Shown: one piece after another, positions 1 through 11,959 of the stretch
How the letters are laid out: each line of letters opens with the position of its first letter
How positions within the stretch are numbered: the stretch's first letter is position 1
NCBI GenBank assembly: GCA_035221665.1
Contig: CM069174.1
Location: 8,494,001-8,558,000 of the forward strand
DNA length: 64,000 nucleotides
DNA from: Okamejei kenojei
Taxonomy: Eukaryota
Reading direction: 5' to 3'
The notes under the pieces: model-generated
The model's database searches: none
What the model was told of the DNA's origin: nothing
What the model saw: the letters and a program-made list of their open reading frames with translations, nothing else
Made by a program: the position numbers and the translations under genes

Positions 1-161
1 ATAAATTAAATGCACACAGGGAGGTATGGTTTTCAGCAAATACTGTGAGAACACACAGGATGGCTAATAAGCAACATCTGTAAACATTTTAGGAAAATAA
101 TAATACCAAAATATGAATAACAACCGACCATTTAAAAAAAAAAAGAGGCTTTTATATTCCG

Positions 162-260
162 CTCCCTCCGCAACTCCTTGGTTCACTCATCCCTTCCCAC
201 TCAAACCATCCCCTCCCCAGGTACTTTCTCCCGCAACTTCAGGAGATGTACACCTGTCCC
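162..260 (+). mobile_element. Penelope-like retroelement ORF fragment (degenerate)
   Basis: Translates to SLRNSLVHSSLPTQTIPSPGTF..., resembling the region just before the GIY-YIG domain of Penelope elements. Confidence 0.5.
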
Positions 261-379
261 GAGCATGGAAACTTTCGGTCCACCGAGTCCACAATGATCA
301 CCCATTTACACTAGTTCTATGTTATCCCACTTTCTCAGTCCCTCCATACACCCTGGGGACAATTTTCAGAGGGCCAATT

Positions 380-765
380 TAAAAAATAAAAAACATTTTT
401 GTTAGAAGTAAGTACAGTAATGTGGCACCTAAGTACCTGATGCATACAGACACATTACAATTCTTGTACAACTTCTTATTTTTAATTTAATAATAAAAGA
501 ACGGTGATAGAAAGAAGAAAATAGTGAGTGTCGAGATAGATAGACAAGAGAGTAGAAACGAATAGCGAGAGAGACAGAAAGAAGAAATAAGAAGCTAAAG
601 AGATTGAAAAAAAGAGAAAAAAAGGAAAAGAAATTAGGAGAGATATACCAATTTAATATCTTTACCCACCCGTCACCCGGTTCTGAACCATTTAATTTCT
701 AAGGTTATGTTGCACCATATGCTTGTAAGAAGTCGATAAAAGGAGACCAAATCTTTAAGAATTGG
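380..765 (-). mobile_element. 5'-truncated L1/Tx1-clade LINE 3' end inserted into a SINE
   Basis: Minus strand ends NQFLKIWSPFIDFLQAYGAT* (L1-like ORF2 C-terminus) followed by a pyrimidine-rich UTR. Direct repeat TTCAGAGGGCCAATT at 365-379 and 766-780 (TSD). Confidence 0.65.
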
Positions 766-925
766 TTCAGAGGGCCAATTAACCTAGAAACCTGCACGTC
801 TTTGGGATGTGGGAGGAAACCGGAGCACCCAGAGGAAACCCACACGGTCACAGGGAGAACGTGAAAACTCTACACAGACAGCACTCGAGGTCTAGATCGG
901 ACCCGGGTCTCTGGCGCTGTGAGGG
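766..925 (-). mobile_element. tRNA-derived SINE (HE1/V-SINE-like), 5' part; its 3' part lies at ~283-379
   Basis: Reverse complement of the TCACAGCGCCAGAGACCCGGGT.CGAT...TGTCTGTGTAGAGTTT head seen in many copies across the window. Confidence 0.7.
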
Positions 926-1184
926 AGACGCACCCGTACAAGGGATGATTCGGAATGGATGACAAATGTTGGTGGTGCTTGCCTGTGGTGCTCAGGTTCC
1001 AGAAAACAGATAATAAAAACTTATAAAGCAGTCTTATTAGTTAGTAAATGGGCAAAAAAAATACTGGCAGGGAAACCTTTGAGATTCACACAGTCTCATC
1101 TCCTGTTCCTTAGTGAAATCAGGGCGAGGAAAAACTGCTCAACCGCACTTTGGACAAACACTTAGATGTGAAATGAGCAAGTAC

Positions 1185-1316
1185 CTTTAAGAATTGGCTC
1201 AGCATGTCCTCTTTCTTCTTTTGCATTTCCTCTTCCTCCAGCAACTTCTGCTGCATATACAGCAGGCGCTCCTCCTCGGTCATCTTGGCCAATTTTTTAC
1301 CCGCTTGCTTCGGCAT
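1185..1316 (-). CDS. CCDC65: CCDC65/DRC2 first coding exon; the gene continues beyond the left edge
   Basis: MPKQAGKKLAKMTEEERLLYMQQKLLEEEEMQKKKEDMLSQFLK (44 codons) matches the DRC2 N-terminus. Donor AAG|gtactt at 1184; acceptor ctgcag| upstream at 1328. Confidence 0.9.
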
Positions 1317-2689
1317 CGTGATTTAGTCTGCAGATTTTGAAATATAAATGTCACCAGCATGAGAAAAGGACACCACCATCCATTTAAAAACCCTCTGTGA
1401 GAATGCAATCTATTGCAAGTAAGAGCACCGGATATTTATTTCAGCTTTGTTGCTGTTAATGTTTAGAATAGGTAACAACAACAACAAAAATAGGTAACTA
1501 AAAACTAGAATAGGTAACAAAAAAATGGTTTCCAAGCAGCATTTTATAACGTGGCTTATAACATGGGTAATCTTGATAATAAAAATTTATAATGTTGGTT
1601 AATTTGGTGACCACAAAGCCAAAAACAGACATATGTAGCATGAATTAATTGAGTTCTGGTCTCCAAAAACAGTTGGTGACTGTGGAAATGTGCTCCTAGT
1701 TTAACACCTGATCAACCTCAATCCTCTGTCTTTGTCAGCAACACCCCTTGTGAAGGGTCTCCAGTCAAAACTTGACTCAGCCACACCCTAGTAATAACTG
1801 AGAATCTCCCAGCTTTTCTGTTTGTGTCAACCATTTGACAACCAAGTCCTATTTCACGAATGGGGTAGAGGTGAATCGAACAGTATCCTGGATTATGGAA
1901 GGTATTTCCTTCAAAAGGCCGATAACAGAGGGGAAGAAACTATTCCTGAGAGACTGATAACAGGGGAAGAAGCTGCTCCTTTATCTCCAAAATCCTTTAC
2001 AACATATCTGAGAAATAAGAAACAGAAAATGCTGGGAGTACTTAGCAGGTCATGCAGCATATGCAAATTGAGAAAAATAGAGTTAACTTGCCAGGCCCTT
2101 GGCCTTTCACCAGACAGAGCTGTTTCTCTTGCCACGGATGCTGCCCGAATCGCCAAAGATTTCCAGCATTTTTTGTTTTCTTTCGGATTTACAGCATCTG
2201 CAGTATTTTGCGCGTATGACCAAAAGAGAATTGTCTGTGACTTTCAGACTCTAGGGAAGGTTGACGACATTCTACCAAAGATAGAACAGCGGTTACTGCT
2301 GTTTTTGAGATATATGCATCAAGCATATACTTTGATTTAGAGACACAGGAGACTGCAGATACTTGAATCGTGAGCTTACAGACAAACTGCTGGAGGAGCT
2401 CAGTGGTTCAAGCAGCATCTGTGGAGGGAATGGATGGACTGTCTAAGGAAAAGTGTCGACGCAAAACGTCGCCTATTTATGTCCTCCACTGTCTGACCCG
2501 CTGAGTTACTCCAGCACGTTGTGTTTTACTCAAGATTCCAGCATCTGCAGTTCCTTGTGTCATCATATGAATGTACTGTTATATATTTGCTAATTTTATG
2601 AATAAACAATTTTTTTACAGTTGACCTGGTATTTAGGGGCTTACATGAAACATTAAATTAAGCGCCATATGATGGGATTATCGTCAACA

Positions 2690-3041
2690 GCAGCTGCGTC
2701 CGCTGGACTGGAGGGCGGCAGCTTCAACCACCCCGGGCCGTGGAGTTTGAACCGGCCCGTTCGTGGAGTTCGGATTCAGCCGCGGGACTGACTCACTTAC
2801 CATCACCCAGTGGGGTCACAACATCGGAGGCCTGGATCGCCTCAGCACAGAGGGAGAGCAAGGAGGGAAGACACAAAGACTTAAGACTTTTGCCTTCCGC
2901 CACAGTGAGGAGGTGCTTGGTGAACTCGCTGTGGTGGATGTTAATTTGTGTTTATCGTGTTTTGTTAATTTTTTAAATGTATGACTGCCAGGAACGAAAT
3001 TTTGAACCGACAATAAAGGATACTTTACTTTACTTTACTTT
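2690..3041 (+). mobile_element. Retroposon 3' fragment ending in AATAAA and a (TACTT)n tail
   Basis: GC-rich body, AATAAA at ~3012 and a tandem TACTT tail; family not identified. Confidence 0.5.
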
Positions 3042-3498
3042 AACAGTGATAGATGTCAGATTAAATTATAGTCTTAAAAATGTGGAGTGTTAGATTTTGG
3101 TAGGGAAAGTGAGACGAGGCAATATGAAGTGGAGGTACAAAAGAGATCTGAGGGTATACGTGATAGTTTATTAGAATCTGCAGGGCAGGTTGTAAAAGCA
3201 GTTTTAAAAAAACAATGGTGTCCCGGGACACACAGTGCTAGAGTAACCCAGTAGGTCAAGCAGCATCTCTAAACCTGGAGACCATGGATAGGTGACGTTT
3301 CGGGTTGGGACCCTTCCTCAGACTGATTATGCGTGGGGGAGAAAGCTGGAATCTCTGGGCTTTATAATAGAAGCACAGATTACAGGAGCAAGGAAGCAGC
3401 GACGAACATTTATGAAACATTAACAGAAGATGTGTACATAGTTTCAATCATGAGTCGGTTTCAGAAAGCATTAACGTGACTGACTGGGGGCCTGAAGT

Positions 3499-3526
3499 CT
3501 GAAGAAGGGTCTCGACCCGAAACGTC
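3499..3526 (+). ncRNA. Minimal type I hammerhead ribozyme motif in a Penelope-derived repeat
   Basis: CUGAAGA-A-GGGU(CUCG)ACCC-GAAA-CGUC: conserved core, 4-bp stem II, palindromic ACGU in place of stem III. Confidence 0.6.
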
Positions 3527-3878
3527 ACCTATCCATGTTCTCCACAGATGCTGCCTGACCCGCTGAGTTACTCCAGCACTCGTCCAGCACTTTGCTGTCA
3601 GTGTACAGACCCAGCATCTGCAGTTCCTTCCAGTTTGTGGGATCTTGCTGTGCAGCCGATTAGCTTCCCCCACCCCTCGCCATAAGAGTGCTGGCACCGG
3701 GCACCTCATTCACTGGGAAACACTTGGGGATGGGCTGAGAGGGAAGAGGCTGCGGGAATGGAAGTGTGTCCCACCGCCCAGGCTGGAGGCCAACATTGAA
3801 CATGGGTCTCCATTACAGGGGGTGGCCTGTATTCTACGGGGAGCCGCCGGCCTCTCCCTCTCCCTCGCCCTTCCTCAC

Positions 3879-3985
3879 CTTCCCCGTCTCTCTTCTTCTT
3901 TCGTTCCTTCTGAAGCACCAGGGCTCTTTCGCGTTTTTTTTTCTTTTTTCTGTTCCCTTCCTTTCCCCGCTCCCGGTGTCGCGCG
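3879..3985 (-). other. CCDC65: Putative non-coding exon 1 (5' UTR) of CCDC65
   Basis: CpG-rich patch with a strong donor AAG|gtgagg at 3878 and X-boxes immediately upstream; TSS approximate. Confidence 0.5.
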
Positions 3986-4024
3986 TAACCTAGCAACCGC
4001 TCGGTCTCACAATGCCATAGCAAC
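3985..4024. promoter_or_regulatory. Tandem RFX X-box motifs in the CCDC65 promoter
   Basis: GTAACCTAGCAAC (3985-3997) and AATGCCATAGCAAC (4011-4024) versus X-box consensus GTNRCC(N0-3)RGYAAC. Confidence 0.7.
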
Positions 4025-6069
4025 TGCCAACAAGGAGTGGATGCCCAGATGGCCTCTCAGTCTGACAACCACCCCCCCATCCTCTCCTATAGCGACACAC
4101 TCAGGCCTGGAGGATTCACATCTTTCAAAATATATCATCCTGAATCATCTCAGATATATATATGTACAATATATGTGTAGGAAGGAACTGCAGATGCTGG
4201 TTTAAATCCAAGATAGACATACAAATGTTGGAGTAAAAGGAGTAAATGCTGGACGCACAAAGTAGCTCAGCGGGCCAGGCAGCATCTCTGGATAGAAACA
4301 TAGAAATTAGGTGCAGGAGTAGGCCATTCGGCCCTTCGAGCCTGCACCGCCATTCAATATGATCATGTATCCAACTCAGTATCCTGTACCTGCTTTCTCT
4401 CCATACCCCCTGATAGAAGGAATGGGTGACGTTTCAGATCGAGACCCTTCACCAAAAAGTATATATATATATTTTTTTAAATGATACAACACTGGAGATG
4501 GACACAAAATGCTGGAATAACTCAACGGGTCAGGCAGCATCTCTGGAGAGAAGGAATGGGTGACGTTTTGGGTTCAGACCCTTCTTCAAACTCATGGGTG
4601 ACTTTTCGGGTCGAGCCTCTTCTTCATACAACATGGGTCTCCATTTCAATCTTTTGTTCAAAAGCAACTGTTTGTGTGTTATGGCACAAGTACTTTGTGT
4701 TTTAACAGTAGATGAAGGCAAAAACCACCATAAGCTCAAATTGCGGATTACAAAGTCTGAACAGGCATCAAAATATTTATTTGTGATTTACATTTAGAGT
4801 TTGCAATAAAGCAGCAATTTTTTTTAAAAAATAAATACAAGGCAACATGCTGTGAAATAAGGGCACCATAAATTACAGAGATGCCAAAATGGAGTTAATG
4901 CTATCACTGAGGAGAAATCTGGCAAGTCATTGTAAAGTTTCAATTACAATTTAGAAACTCAATGATTCATAAATCATCAATATAGATGGTGTTGCATGCA
5001 AGAAACTGAATTCTGCTCTTGCTAAGTACAGTTCGAATGTCTGGGGATTGCACAAGTCATGATTTTTTTTGCAATGGAGATTAACTGAACTATGAGTCAA
5101 AACAAGTGATCACACTGAGAGTGCAGCAAGAAATATTCTTGACATTAATAATACACATGCACGTGAGCCCAATTGCCCGTGAGTTTGGTGCTCAATTCCA
5201 TTAATTAGCTCCTAAATTGCCTCCTCAGATGACCAGCAGGAAACATGGACATTTGCAACTGGAAGTGCAACATCCACCAGCTGGTGTAGCTGGCATGAGG
5301 AAGCCACTTCGCAAATTTTGATTGGGATCCTGGGTTTTCTGCAGGAACTATTTTCAATTTGGTTGAACATGAAAGCTACCTGGAATGATGATGATTAGGT
5401 CAGTTAAACCTATTAATCAAATCTAGTAGCTAGAACGCTGTTAGTAACTAAGATTGGATTGATGCCCAAATATACTCCACTCACTGCATTTACTGTCACT
5501 TTCAGGGAATCAAACACTTGTATCCCTGGGTCTCTCTGTTCCACAACACTCTCCAGGACCCTCGGTACAAGTTTCTCCTCCCCCAACAACCCCTTAATCC
5601 ATTGTGTGCTGAACTTTGTGGCAAGAGTTCCCCTTACGCCCATACTTAATAATTCAGTATAGGTTTGGGCAGAAAGATATCTTGGAATATCCGCCATTCA
5701 GGGAGTAGTCTGTCTGAGGCTCTGTAGGTGTCAGAGGTTATGGGGAGAAGGCAGGAGAATGGGGTTTGGAGGCAGAGATAGAACAGCCATGATTAAATGG
5801 TGGAGAGGACTTGATGGGCCAAATGGAATAATTCTGCTCCTATCAATTATGATCTTATGAAAAGTAGGTGTGGATCCAATCGGGTGTGTATCTGAGTAGA
5901 ATGTCACTTGGCAGAACACCTCACTCCCAGAACTTTCAAACAAGCACCAAGACCTTGCTTGGCTGGCGGTGAGGTTTTTGACAATCCACAGGTCTCACAG
6001 TCACCATTATTGATGCTAGTGTATTTTTACTACTGACTTATTTAATTAAACAAAATTTAAATTCTTCAG

Positions 6070-6880
6070 TGGAATTCAAGAAGACAGCTCGTAACATCAG
6101 ACCCACACCATCCTGGCCAGACTGTCATCTCACGGCTACCATCGGGAAGAAGGTACAGGGGCCTGTGAATCAATATCTCCAGGTTCAAGAACAGCTTATT
6201 CTCATCAACCATCAGGTACTTGAACCATCCAGTACCACAACCCTACTTCAGCTCTGACCTACTATAGACATTGTTTAGGTTGTACAGCATTCCTCAGTTT
6301 GAACTATTGTGGTCTGGTGATCTCATCTTACTGATAATTTACTATAATATCAACACCTCCACTTCCTTAGAAAATGGAGATTAGGTATATCGACAAATAC
6401 TCTCTTGCACCTCTAGAGGTGCACAATAGAGAGCACACTGATTGGTTGCGTCACGGCTTTGTTCGACAACCCGAATGGCCATGAACAAAGGAGAACACTG
6501 TCCGGTCCATCACGGTTACTGACCTCCCCACCATCGAAGGGATCTGCAAGAGTTCCTGACTCACAAAGGCAGCCAGCATCATCAGAGACCCAAACCACCC
6601 TGGCCACGCTCTCATTTCACTCCTGCCATTGGGAAGAAGATATAGGATGACCTTTACCTATTATGGTAACTAAAAACTGTAATGTCCAGCCTTCAAGCTC
6701 TTAAACACTACTCATCAATAACCTCAACTATGAATTATGGACTGTCTTTAGTTGCACTAGTATTTTGGGCTTTTTTGCACTAGTATTGAGGTATTATTTT
6801 ATTTAATCTTTTGGTTATTATATGTTTTCCATGAGTATTGTGTTTATAGGCCAGTTATGCTCCTGCAAGTAAGAATTTCA
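6070..6880 (+). mobile_element. Degenerate Rex/Babar-like LINE 3' fragments
   Basis: Degenerate RT C-terminal segments (GAGAGCACACTGATTGGTTGCGTCACGGC; CCATCGGGAAGAAGGTACAGG) with related copies at ~28500-28920 and ~57940-58660. Confidence 0.5.
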
Positions 6881-7639
6881 TTAGGGTCTCGACTCAAAAC
6901 GTCCCCCATTCCTTCTCTCCAGAGATCCTGCCTGTCCCGCTGAGTTACTCCTGTGTCTATCTAAGAATTTCATTGTTCCATGGTCGACACATGTGACAAT
7001 TTATTTGTTGCGTTAATGCAACTGTAAAGCGCCAGCAAGTAAGAATTTCATTGTCCCGTTCCTTTTGCATATGATAATTAAACACTCTTCATTTGATCAT
7101 GACTTTTAATTTGATGGGTTAACATCTGGAAGCTGCAACAACATTCATTTTATTCTGTGGCTCAACACAACACAGAATTCTGAGTTGCTGACATAAAAAA
7201 AATGGTCAGAGTTTTATTATTTACTTTTAATCGGAGGCACTAGTGGGCCCTTCAGCCTTGGGGACCACTTTGAGATTTATTCTACTAATTACACACCAAA
7301 TGCATTCTGTACCATACGGGGATGTGAGTCAGAAGTGCCCACCAATCCTAACAGTACTCCCCGTACACCAATTATTCTTTGTAATCACTTAATGATAGCA
7401 ATTTTACAATAGCATAACCCATTATTGGTTTTAAATTCTTCTTCTTAACACTTAAAGAAGCTTTGCTGTATTAAACACATGTATTTTTATTACCTCCTCT
7501 TCCCCATCCTATGGATGTATGTATTTTCCCCTGAAGAATTCAAGAAAATGGTTTAAAAAGGCAGCTAGAAGTTGTTTATGCATTTGGATCCCAGGATCAC
7601 TGCTGGTTTCTGCCTCCTACCATCAGAGTGCCCTCAGCG

Positions 7640-7783
7640 ATGGACAGCAAGTTATTTCTCCTCGTCTTTTGCTCGGCAGTCAGTTACCTCAGAATGGCTG
7701 CGTGCTCTAAAGAGGGAGAGTTCAGGTCTATCTATCAGGCAGATCATGAGGTCAGTCCCCCTGCAAGAACTCAAACTGCAGTG
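7640..7783 (+). CDS. NPFF: Pro-neuropeptide FF exon 1 (signal peptide)
   Basis: MDSKLFLLVFCSAVSYLRMAACS... hydrophobic signal peptide. Donor GTG|gtaaga; an alternative phase-0 donor GAG|gtcagt follows 7750. TATA-like TTTAAAAAG at 7552-7560. Confidence 0.8.
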
Positions 7784-9310
7784 GTAAGAACCCCTTCAGA
7801 AGTTTTTTTAAAATATATCCTTCATTTAAACTGAAAATGCTGTGAACACTCAGAAACAGAGTTAGCTTTGGAAAAAGCAAATAAATTGCAGATGCTGGAA
7901 ATCTGAAATTAAAACCAGAAAATGCTGGAAATACTCAGTATTTGTGGGGAGGGAAATCTGTCACAATCGAACCAGCGAATTGCTTCCAGCATTTTGATTT
8001 AATCAGTTCTGCCTTGAAATGTGAACACTGTTTCTCTCTCCATTTGAATTGTGAATTCCAAGCGTACAGTTTTTATTTCAGATTTCCAGCATCTGCAGGA
8101 TTTTGCTTTGGTTGTTAACAAATGCCTGCGGGTTCAGGTAACGTTCAACGCTTTTAACGGCAATGTATTCTGCTGAGCACCCATAAATAATCTTCCAAGG
8201 CTTTGCTGCTTGGGAACGAATAATTATTAGTTGGGGGGAAAAAAGGTACAAAGATACAAAGAAGCTCAGCAGATCAGGCAGCTCCTCTGGAGGGAATGGA
8301 CAGACGATGTTTCAGGTCAGGAACTCTTCTTCAGGTTGAAGAAGGTTCCCAACCCAAAGCGTCACCCATCCATGTTCTCCAGAGACGTTGCCTGACCCGC
8401 TAAGTTACTCCAGCACTTGCGATCGAACCCGGTTCTCTGGCAATGTGAGGCAGTAGCTCTACCAGCTGCACCACCGAGCCATCCTAAGAGACAGGGGAAA
8501 CGAATGGAGCTCCCATTTCCGTACAATTCGAGGATTTGGGGATGCAGAATAAAGAGTGAGGCATAGAAATACTGGGAATGTGAGGAAAGAAAGGGGGAAG
8601 GACTTTGCAGGGATACGCGAAAGAGGTTAGAGTTTGGGGTTGTGGCAAATCAAACGGATTGCATTCGTCCACAAGGAGCTAGCATGGGTTCTCTGGGCTG
8701 AATGGTCTTTTTTCTGTGCTGCAATAATTCTATGATTTTATATGTTGCTGTCCTTGAGGAAAATTAATAAAGCAGTAACAGACACTGAGACTTTCTGGCT
8801 TAAATTCTGCAATAGTTGCCGGGTCACAGAAGATGCAGATTGTAGCTTTAAAATATACTTCAAAGCTGTGTTCTGATGTCTACATTGCACAACGGTCAGG
8901 ACATTGACATAAAATGTTATAAATACAGATGTTGAAAGCAGAAGCATGTCTGTGTGTCTTTATAGAGTTGGCAAGGTGTCCACACGATAACAAATACAAC
9001 AATGTCCAGAACTATTGTGTTTGCGGTATATTCCAGACAGCCACACTGTATTAGATGCACATTCCATTCCCCATGACATTCTTAAGTACAGGCACATATT
9101 GCAAACATCTGTCATTAAGTTTGAAAATCAGAGACAGTAAGCATGGGAGAAGCATTTCTTGTTTGCATGTTAACTAGCTGCATTCAACGTTCAAAGACTT
9201 TTGTAACAGCTGCAAGTTAGTGAGAACTTATGTGCATCCAGAACGAGCTCCACAGTGGCGCAGCTGCTAGAGCCATTGCCTCACATCTCGCGATCCTGAC
9301 ATCGGGCGCT

Positions 9311-9445
9311 TCTTCTTTCGTGTGCCGTGCACGGCCTAAAGTTGTTGGACAACTTGTTCTATTTGATCTTCCGTTTGTGCACATCGAGTTGATTGCATTA
9401 GTCGAAACAGGGCGGACCACGTGCAGGTTGCAATCTTCCACCCCC
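9311..9445 (-). mobile_element. ~135-bp ribozyme-headed mini-retroposon, copy B
   Basis: Homologous to 15887-16022; (GAA)n-like tail; TSD ACATCGGG(C/T)GCT at 9299-9310 and 9446-9457. Confidence 0.85.
9391..9444 (-). ncRNA. HDV-like (CPEB3-type) ribozyme fold, copy B
   Basis: GGGGUGG-AA-GAUUGCA-ACC-UGCACGU-GGU-CCGCCCU-GU-UUCGA-CUAA-UGCAAUC; P1, P2 and P3 all pair; L3 has one substitution relative to copy A. Confidence 0.75.
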
Positions 9446-9932
9446 ACATCGGGTGCTGTCTGTGTGGAATTTGCACGTACTCTCTTTGACCGCATGGGTT
9501 TCCGCCCATGTCTCAAAGACATGCGGGTCTGTAGGTTAATTTTCCCTCTGTAAACCTCGCCTCACGTATAGGGAGCGGATGAGAATGTGGGAAAAACAGA
9601 GAACCAGCGTGGACGGATGATCAATGGTCGGTGTAGTCGGTGGGCCTGTTTCCATGCTGTATCTTTCAATCAATCAATCATAATGCACTGTTCATCTGGA
9701 TATATTACAATTTAATCAGTCCTGTTAAGTTGGAGCTAAGTTCAAAGTCAAATTGGAAAATTATGTGGCTGATGCTCTGGAAGGAAGCAAAGAAAATTCA
9801 CAATTTTGGTTTTGTCTCTGCTTCTCAATCCGTCTCTTGCGCTCCAAAACCCTTTTCAAATGAAGGTAAAGAGTACAGTATATTGTCCTGGTCTCAGAGG
9901 CTGACTAATTGCTTGGATCTGACTATCTGCAG

Positions 9933-10057
9933 GATGGCGATGGCTACAGTATAAAGAGGCTGGGCAGTGATCACACACTCAACGCGCTGCTGAACTCCAT
10001 AATCCATGTCCCAGAGAAGGCGGCAAGAAACCCTTCCTTTGTATTCGAGCCACAAAG
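9933..10057 (+). CDS. NPFF: Pro-neuropeptide FF exon 2
   Basis: cag|DGDGYSIKRLGSDHTLNALLNSIIHVPEKAARNPSFVFEPQ+AG|gtaggt; the intron splits the Arg codon of PQRF. Confidence 0.92.
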
Positions 10058-10156
10058 GTAGGTTTGCACTGCGTCTGTGTTGGTTTGTTGCTAAATTACC
10101 TCAGTAACGCGATGCTTTCACCACTGCAACGACGTACAGGTTTGTAGGTTAATTAG

Positions 10157-10745
10157 GGGGTTACACAAAAAGCTGGAGAAACTCAGCGGGTGCAGCAGCA
10201 TCTAAAGAGCGAAGGAGATAGGCGACGTTTCGGGTCGAGACCCTTCTTCAGACTGGTCAGGGATCAGGGAAACGAGAGATATAGACGGTGATGTGGAGAG
10301 ATAAAGAACAATGAATGAAAGATATGCAAAAAAGTATCGATGATAAAGGGAACAAGCCATTGTAAGCTGTTTGTGGTGTGAAAATGAGAAGCTAGTGCGA
10401 CTAGGGTGGGGGAGGGAGATAGAGATAGAGGGAATGCCAGGGCCCAAGGGCTGAGGGAGAGGTGGGAAGGGGAGGAGACAGCAAGGGTTAACAGAATTGA
10501 GAAAATTCAATGTTCAAGCCCAGAGGATGCAGACTCCCCAAGCGGAATATGAGGTGCTGTTCCTCCAACTTGCGGTGTTGCTCACTCTGGCCGTGGAGGA
10601 GGCCCAGGACCGAGAGGTCGGATACAGAATGGGAGGGGGGAGTTGAAGTGCTGAGCCACCGGGAGGTCGGGTCGGTTTTTGCGGACCGAGCGGAGGTGTT
10701 CGGCGAACCGATCGCCAAGCCTCCGCTTGGTCTCACCGATATAGA
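10157..10745 (-). mobile_element. 5'-truncated Penelope-like element (GIY-YIG C-terminus plus hammerhead-bearing terminal repeat)
   Basis: Minus strand reads YIGETKRRLGDRFAEHLRSVRKNRPDLPVAQHFNSP/(frameshift in a C-run)...KLEEQHLIFRLGSLHPLGLNIEFSQFC*. TSD TTGTAGGTTAATTAG at 10142-10156 and 10746-10760. Confidence 0.85.
10224..10251 (-). ncRNA. Minimal hammerhead ribozyme motif in the Penelope terminal repeat
   Basis: Exact CTGAAGAAGGGTCTCGACCCGAAACGTC on the same strand as the GIY-YIG ORF, about 240 nt past its stop codon. Confidence 0.65.
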
Positions 10746-11959
10746 TTGTAGGTTAATTAGCTTCGGTAAAATTGTAATTTGTCCCTAATGTGTGTAGGAT
10801 AGTACTAGTGTACAGGGATCGCTGGTCGGCTCAGACTCAGTGGCCTGTTTGCGCACTGTACCTCTAAACTAAACTAAAGATAGACACAAAAATCTGGAGT
10901 AACTCAGTGCGACAGGCAGCATCTCTGGTGAGAAGAAATGGGTGACATTTTGGGCCGAGACCCTTCTTCAGACTTCAAACTAAATTAAACTTCCTTCTCC
11001 TTAAAACAGCCCTTTGACAACTGGATTATTAAATTTGCCGTGGAGAAGGGGAGAAAAATAATGAAAATACGGCTGGGCCACGGAAAATTAGAAATTTTAA
11101 ATAATTAACGAAGTTGGAATAAAAGCTGGTAACCATGATGTAAAAATCCACAAGGAATGTAAAGAAATAGGATAGACACCAAAGCGGGTCAGGCATCTCT
11201 GGAGAAAATGTATACTTGATGTTTTGGGTCGGGACCCTTTTTCAGTAAGGAACTAGAAGCAGGGGTAGGTCTCAAGCCTGCCCCATCATTCAATATGATC
11301 ATGGCTGATGTGTCCCAGGTCTCATCTCCTCCTCTGTGCCACTTCCCCAGAGCCGTCAAATCCCCAGTCTTCCAGAAATGTAACCACTTCAGTCTCCGCA
11401 ACCCTAAGGGGTAAAGAATTCCAGAGATTCACCACGTACTGTGAGAGGTTGTTCAGAATGCTGGTCAGCCACATTCAGAATATTGTGTGCAGTTCTGGTT
11501 GCCCCATTACAGGAAGGATGTGACGGTTTTGGAGAGGGTGCAGAGGAGGTTTACCAGAATGCCACCTGGATTAGAGACGCAATGAATTAGAGAGTCATAG
11601 AATGGTGGCACAACTGGTGGAGCTGCTGCCTCAAAGTTCCAGAGAACCTGGTTCATCCCTGACCTCTGGCGCTGTGTGTGTGTGGAGTTTGCATGTCCTC
11701 CCTGTGACCATGTGGTCTTCCCCCCCCTGAGTGTTCTGGTTTGCTCCCACATCCAAAAGAAGGAGGATCGTGACCAGAAATAGGTGATGACCTATCCATG
11801 TCCTCCACAGATGCTGCCTGACCTGCTGAGTTACTCCAGCACTTTGTGCTTTGCTCAAGGTTGCAGCATCTGCAGTTCCCCGTGTCTCACTTTTACATTG
11901 ATCACTTTTGTCTTGTTGTCCTTATATTGATTTTTGTCTGTCTTGACATGTTGGTTTAG

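Larger units (their letters stand above)
9255..9675 (+). mobile_element. tRNA-derived SINE interrupted by a ribozyme-headed insertion
   Basis: GTGGCGCAGC..AGAG...GCCTCACA head, SINE body, and CCATGCTGTATCT plus (CAAT)n tail. Confidence 0.7.

Noticed and set aside
3240-3590. Recurring short palindromic repeats resembling CRISPR or REP elements
   Set aside because: Eukaryotic context, dispersed with no regular spacers, and explained by Penelope-derived repeat units.
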